In this document: piece after piece, positions 61,789 to 64,000 of the stretch | How positions within the stretch are numbered: the stretch's first letter is position 1 | Layout of the letters: the number at the start of each line of letters is the position of its first letter | Assembly (NCBI GenBank): GCA_043228905.1 | Contig: JBHGNT010000013.1 | Location: 8,556,001-8,620,000, forward strand | DNA: 64,000 nucleotides | Reading direction: 5' to 3' | Origin: Azolla caroliniana | Taxonomy: Eukaryota > Plantae > Polypodiophyta | Translations under genes and position numbers: made by a program | Notes under the pieces: generated by a model | The model's database searches: none | What the model was told of the DNA's origin: nothing | The model's input: only the letters and a program-made list of their open reading frames with translations

Positions 61789-64000
61789 TGTTAAGAGTCT
61801 ATTACTAATCAATAGACCAAATCAAGTAAAAAGGAAGAAAATAGATTGGATAGAAGAACCCGTTCCACCCGACCACCCCCGAGCTATGATCTAGACATAG
61901 CCAACCTACCACCGACGTCCCATACCGCCGGATATTAGGATGACTAATACCTTGGAAGAGATAAACACGATCGTCGAGACGAAAGCCTAGCCCGCACCAC
62001 CGGTGTCTACGACAGCAGCCTTCCGACGTGATGATCCCTATGAGGGTAGCTAAGCCTCATATTTATACCTTTTCCTAGGCTCCTTGAATAGATGTGCCTT
62101 TCTAAAAGGCTCTCTATTCATTGGTTGTCTAAATCATGATAGTGCATGCACATATCATTCATTCTATCCAATCATTAGTCCCCTTTTTAATAATAGTGAA
62201 CATACCCTTCACTAATGTAAATATTAGTGACCTACCCTCACCAACGTTATGTGTACATAACATATTCCCCTACTTCAAAAGATTGCACTCTTGCAATATA
62301 AAGTGAGGAAATTGTGCCTTAAGCGAATGCTCGCGTTCCCATGTGGCATCATCAATAGGTTTATCCATCCATTTGATCTTGAATAGCCGAATCTCTTTAG
62401 AACGTAAACGTTTAGTACGAGAATCAAGAATTCGTTCAGGAACATGAGGTTTGTAAGAAAAATCCTCTAATGTTACAAGATCTTGGATTGTGATGGTGTT
62501 ATCACCAGAGCCTAAAAATGGTTTTAGACGACTGACGTGAAAAACAGGATGAATACCAAGGTTACGAGGTAAGGCAAGGTGATAAGCAGATGACCCAACT
62601 CGCTTAAGGATTTCAAATGGGCCACAATATCGTGGGGCTAACTTAGCGCACTTGCCCGTAGATAATGACGTAGAATCAGTCGGGACACGCAAAAAAACTT
62701 TTTGACCAATAGTAAATGCACGAGGATGTCTATCCTGATCAGCATAAAATCGAGCACGATCTTGAGCTGTCTTGACATTTTCTTTGGCAATATGCAACAT
62801 TTGGTTCATGTCTTGCAAAAAATTGCGTGTACTGTCTAATGTATCACGATGAATCGTGACATCAACTGGGGCACGTGGCTGAAAACCATACATCAACATA
62901 AAAGGACTATATCCAGTGGATGTATGTTTAGAGCTATTATAGGCAAATTCTAAGATAGGAAGGTATTGCTCCCACTTAGAAGGGGTTTTTGCTACATAAG
63001 CTCGAAGCATGTCCTCAATAATTTGATTAACTCGTTCAGTTTGTCCATCAGACTGAGGATGATCTGTGGAACTCATGCTCAACGTAGTTTCTAGTTTCTT
63101 AAAGACCTGAGTCCAAAAGTCACTAGTAAACTTGGAATCTCGATCACTAACAATATCCATCGATAATCCATAAAAACGAAACAACTCATCAACAAATTGA
63201 TAAGCCAACTGTTGAGCGGTTACCGTGGTTTTTGTAGGAATAAATCTAGCTAATTTTGTTAGCCTGTCAACGACAACCCATATGGCATCATGACCCCTCT
63301 GTGTACGAGGTAAACTAACAATAAAATCCATCGAGATACTTTCCCATTTATTGTTGGGAATATCTAAGGGATGTAAAAGACCGGCAGCTTTAAGTCGTTC
63401 CGACTTATTAATCTGACATTGTAAGCATTGAGTTACGTATTTATGCACGTCAGAGCGCATCTTAGGCCAGAAAAAAGTACACGAGATGAGAACGAGTGTG
63501 CATTGTATTCCAGGATGACCAGCAGATGGTGCATCATGACATTCATGAAAAATTTTCTGTTTAACATTTGGTAAATCTGGAACACAGACCTTTCCACTAC
63601 GGTAGAGCAAACCGTTTGTAATGTGAAAGGTCGCCTTCGAGGGTAGGGTGCTAGTATCGGCATTTAAACCAGATTCGGCTTTCATCCAGTATTTTGAGAA
63701 ATAACTGTCATCAAGGTATTTCCCTCGAAGGTGATCTAAAAGATCAGATTTTATTTCCGTGAAGCTAAGCATGTTAACTTCTTTAATGCGACTAAGAGCA
63801 TCAGCAACGGTGTTCATAGAACCCTTGCGATATCGTATGGAAAAATCAAAATCTTGCATAAGGTCAGCCCAACGGCCTTTACGACCAACAAGATCGGGCT
63901 GGTCACAAAAATACTTTAATGATTGATGGTCTGTTGTAACCACAAATTTATTTCCATAGAGATAGTGCCTCCATGTTTTAAGTGCGTGTATCACCGCAAA
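61789..64000 (-). mobile_element. 3' part of another chromovirus: open RNase H-integrase-chromodomain ORF (62270 to window edge) and 3' LTR 61789-62262
   Basis: 574-aa uninterrupted ORF closely similar to the pol at 53879-55600; PPT GAAGTAGGGGAA; LTR TGTTA...TAACA; inserted into the integrase at 61788. Confidence 0.92.

Overview
Eukaryotic plant DNA. The Tcn1-like chromovirus, RTE-X/L2-like LINE and Sola2-like remnant suggest a non-seed plant such as a fern, lycophyte or moss (inference). There is one host gene: an apparently intact 15-exon NSUN2/TRM4-type RNA m5C methyltransferase on the minus strand (17300-25754, 898 aa by my splice model). It sits between two deep nests of LTR retrotransposons (1-9961 and 33425-64000), with two LINE remnants and a DNA-transposon remnant nearby. 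LTR pairs, PBS/PPT and target-site duplications (TSDs) resolve most nesting to the base. Main unusual signals: (1) two gypsy-type families with unrelated LTRs carry a shared ~40-nt motif ending in a tRNA-Arg-like ...GTGCCA where the polypurine tract should be; (2) several unrelated LTR families embed a tRNA-like Pol III A/B-box module near one LTR end; (3) a young Gag-only element with apparently identical 730-bp LTRs, an 18-nt tRNA-Trp PBS and one ORF running from PBS to PPT; (4) an inverted U5+PBS fragment at a deletion junction; (5) a repeat-spacer hairpin array in a chromovirus leader. tRNA and family assignments are from memory and need database confirmation.
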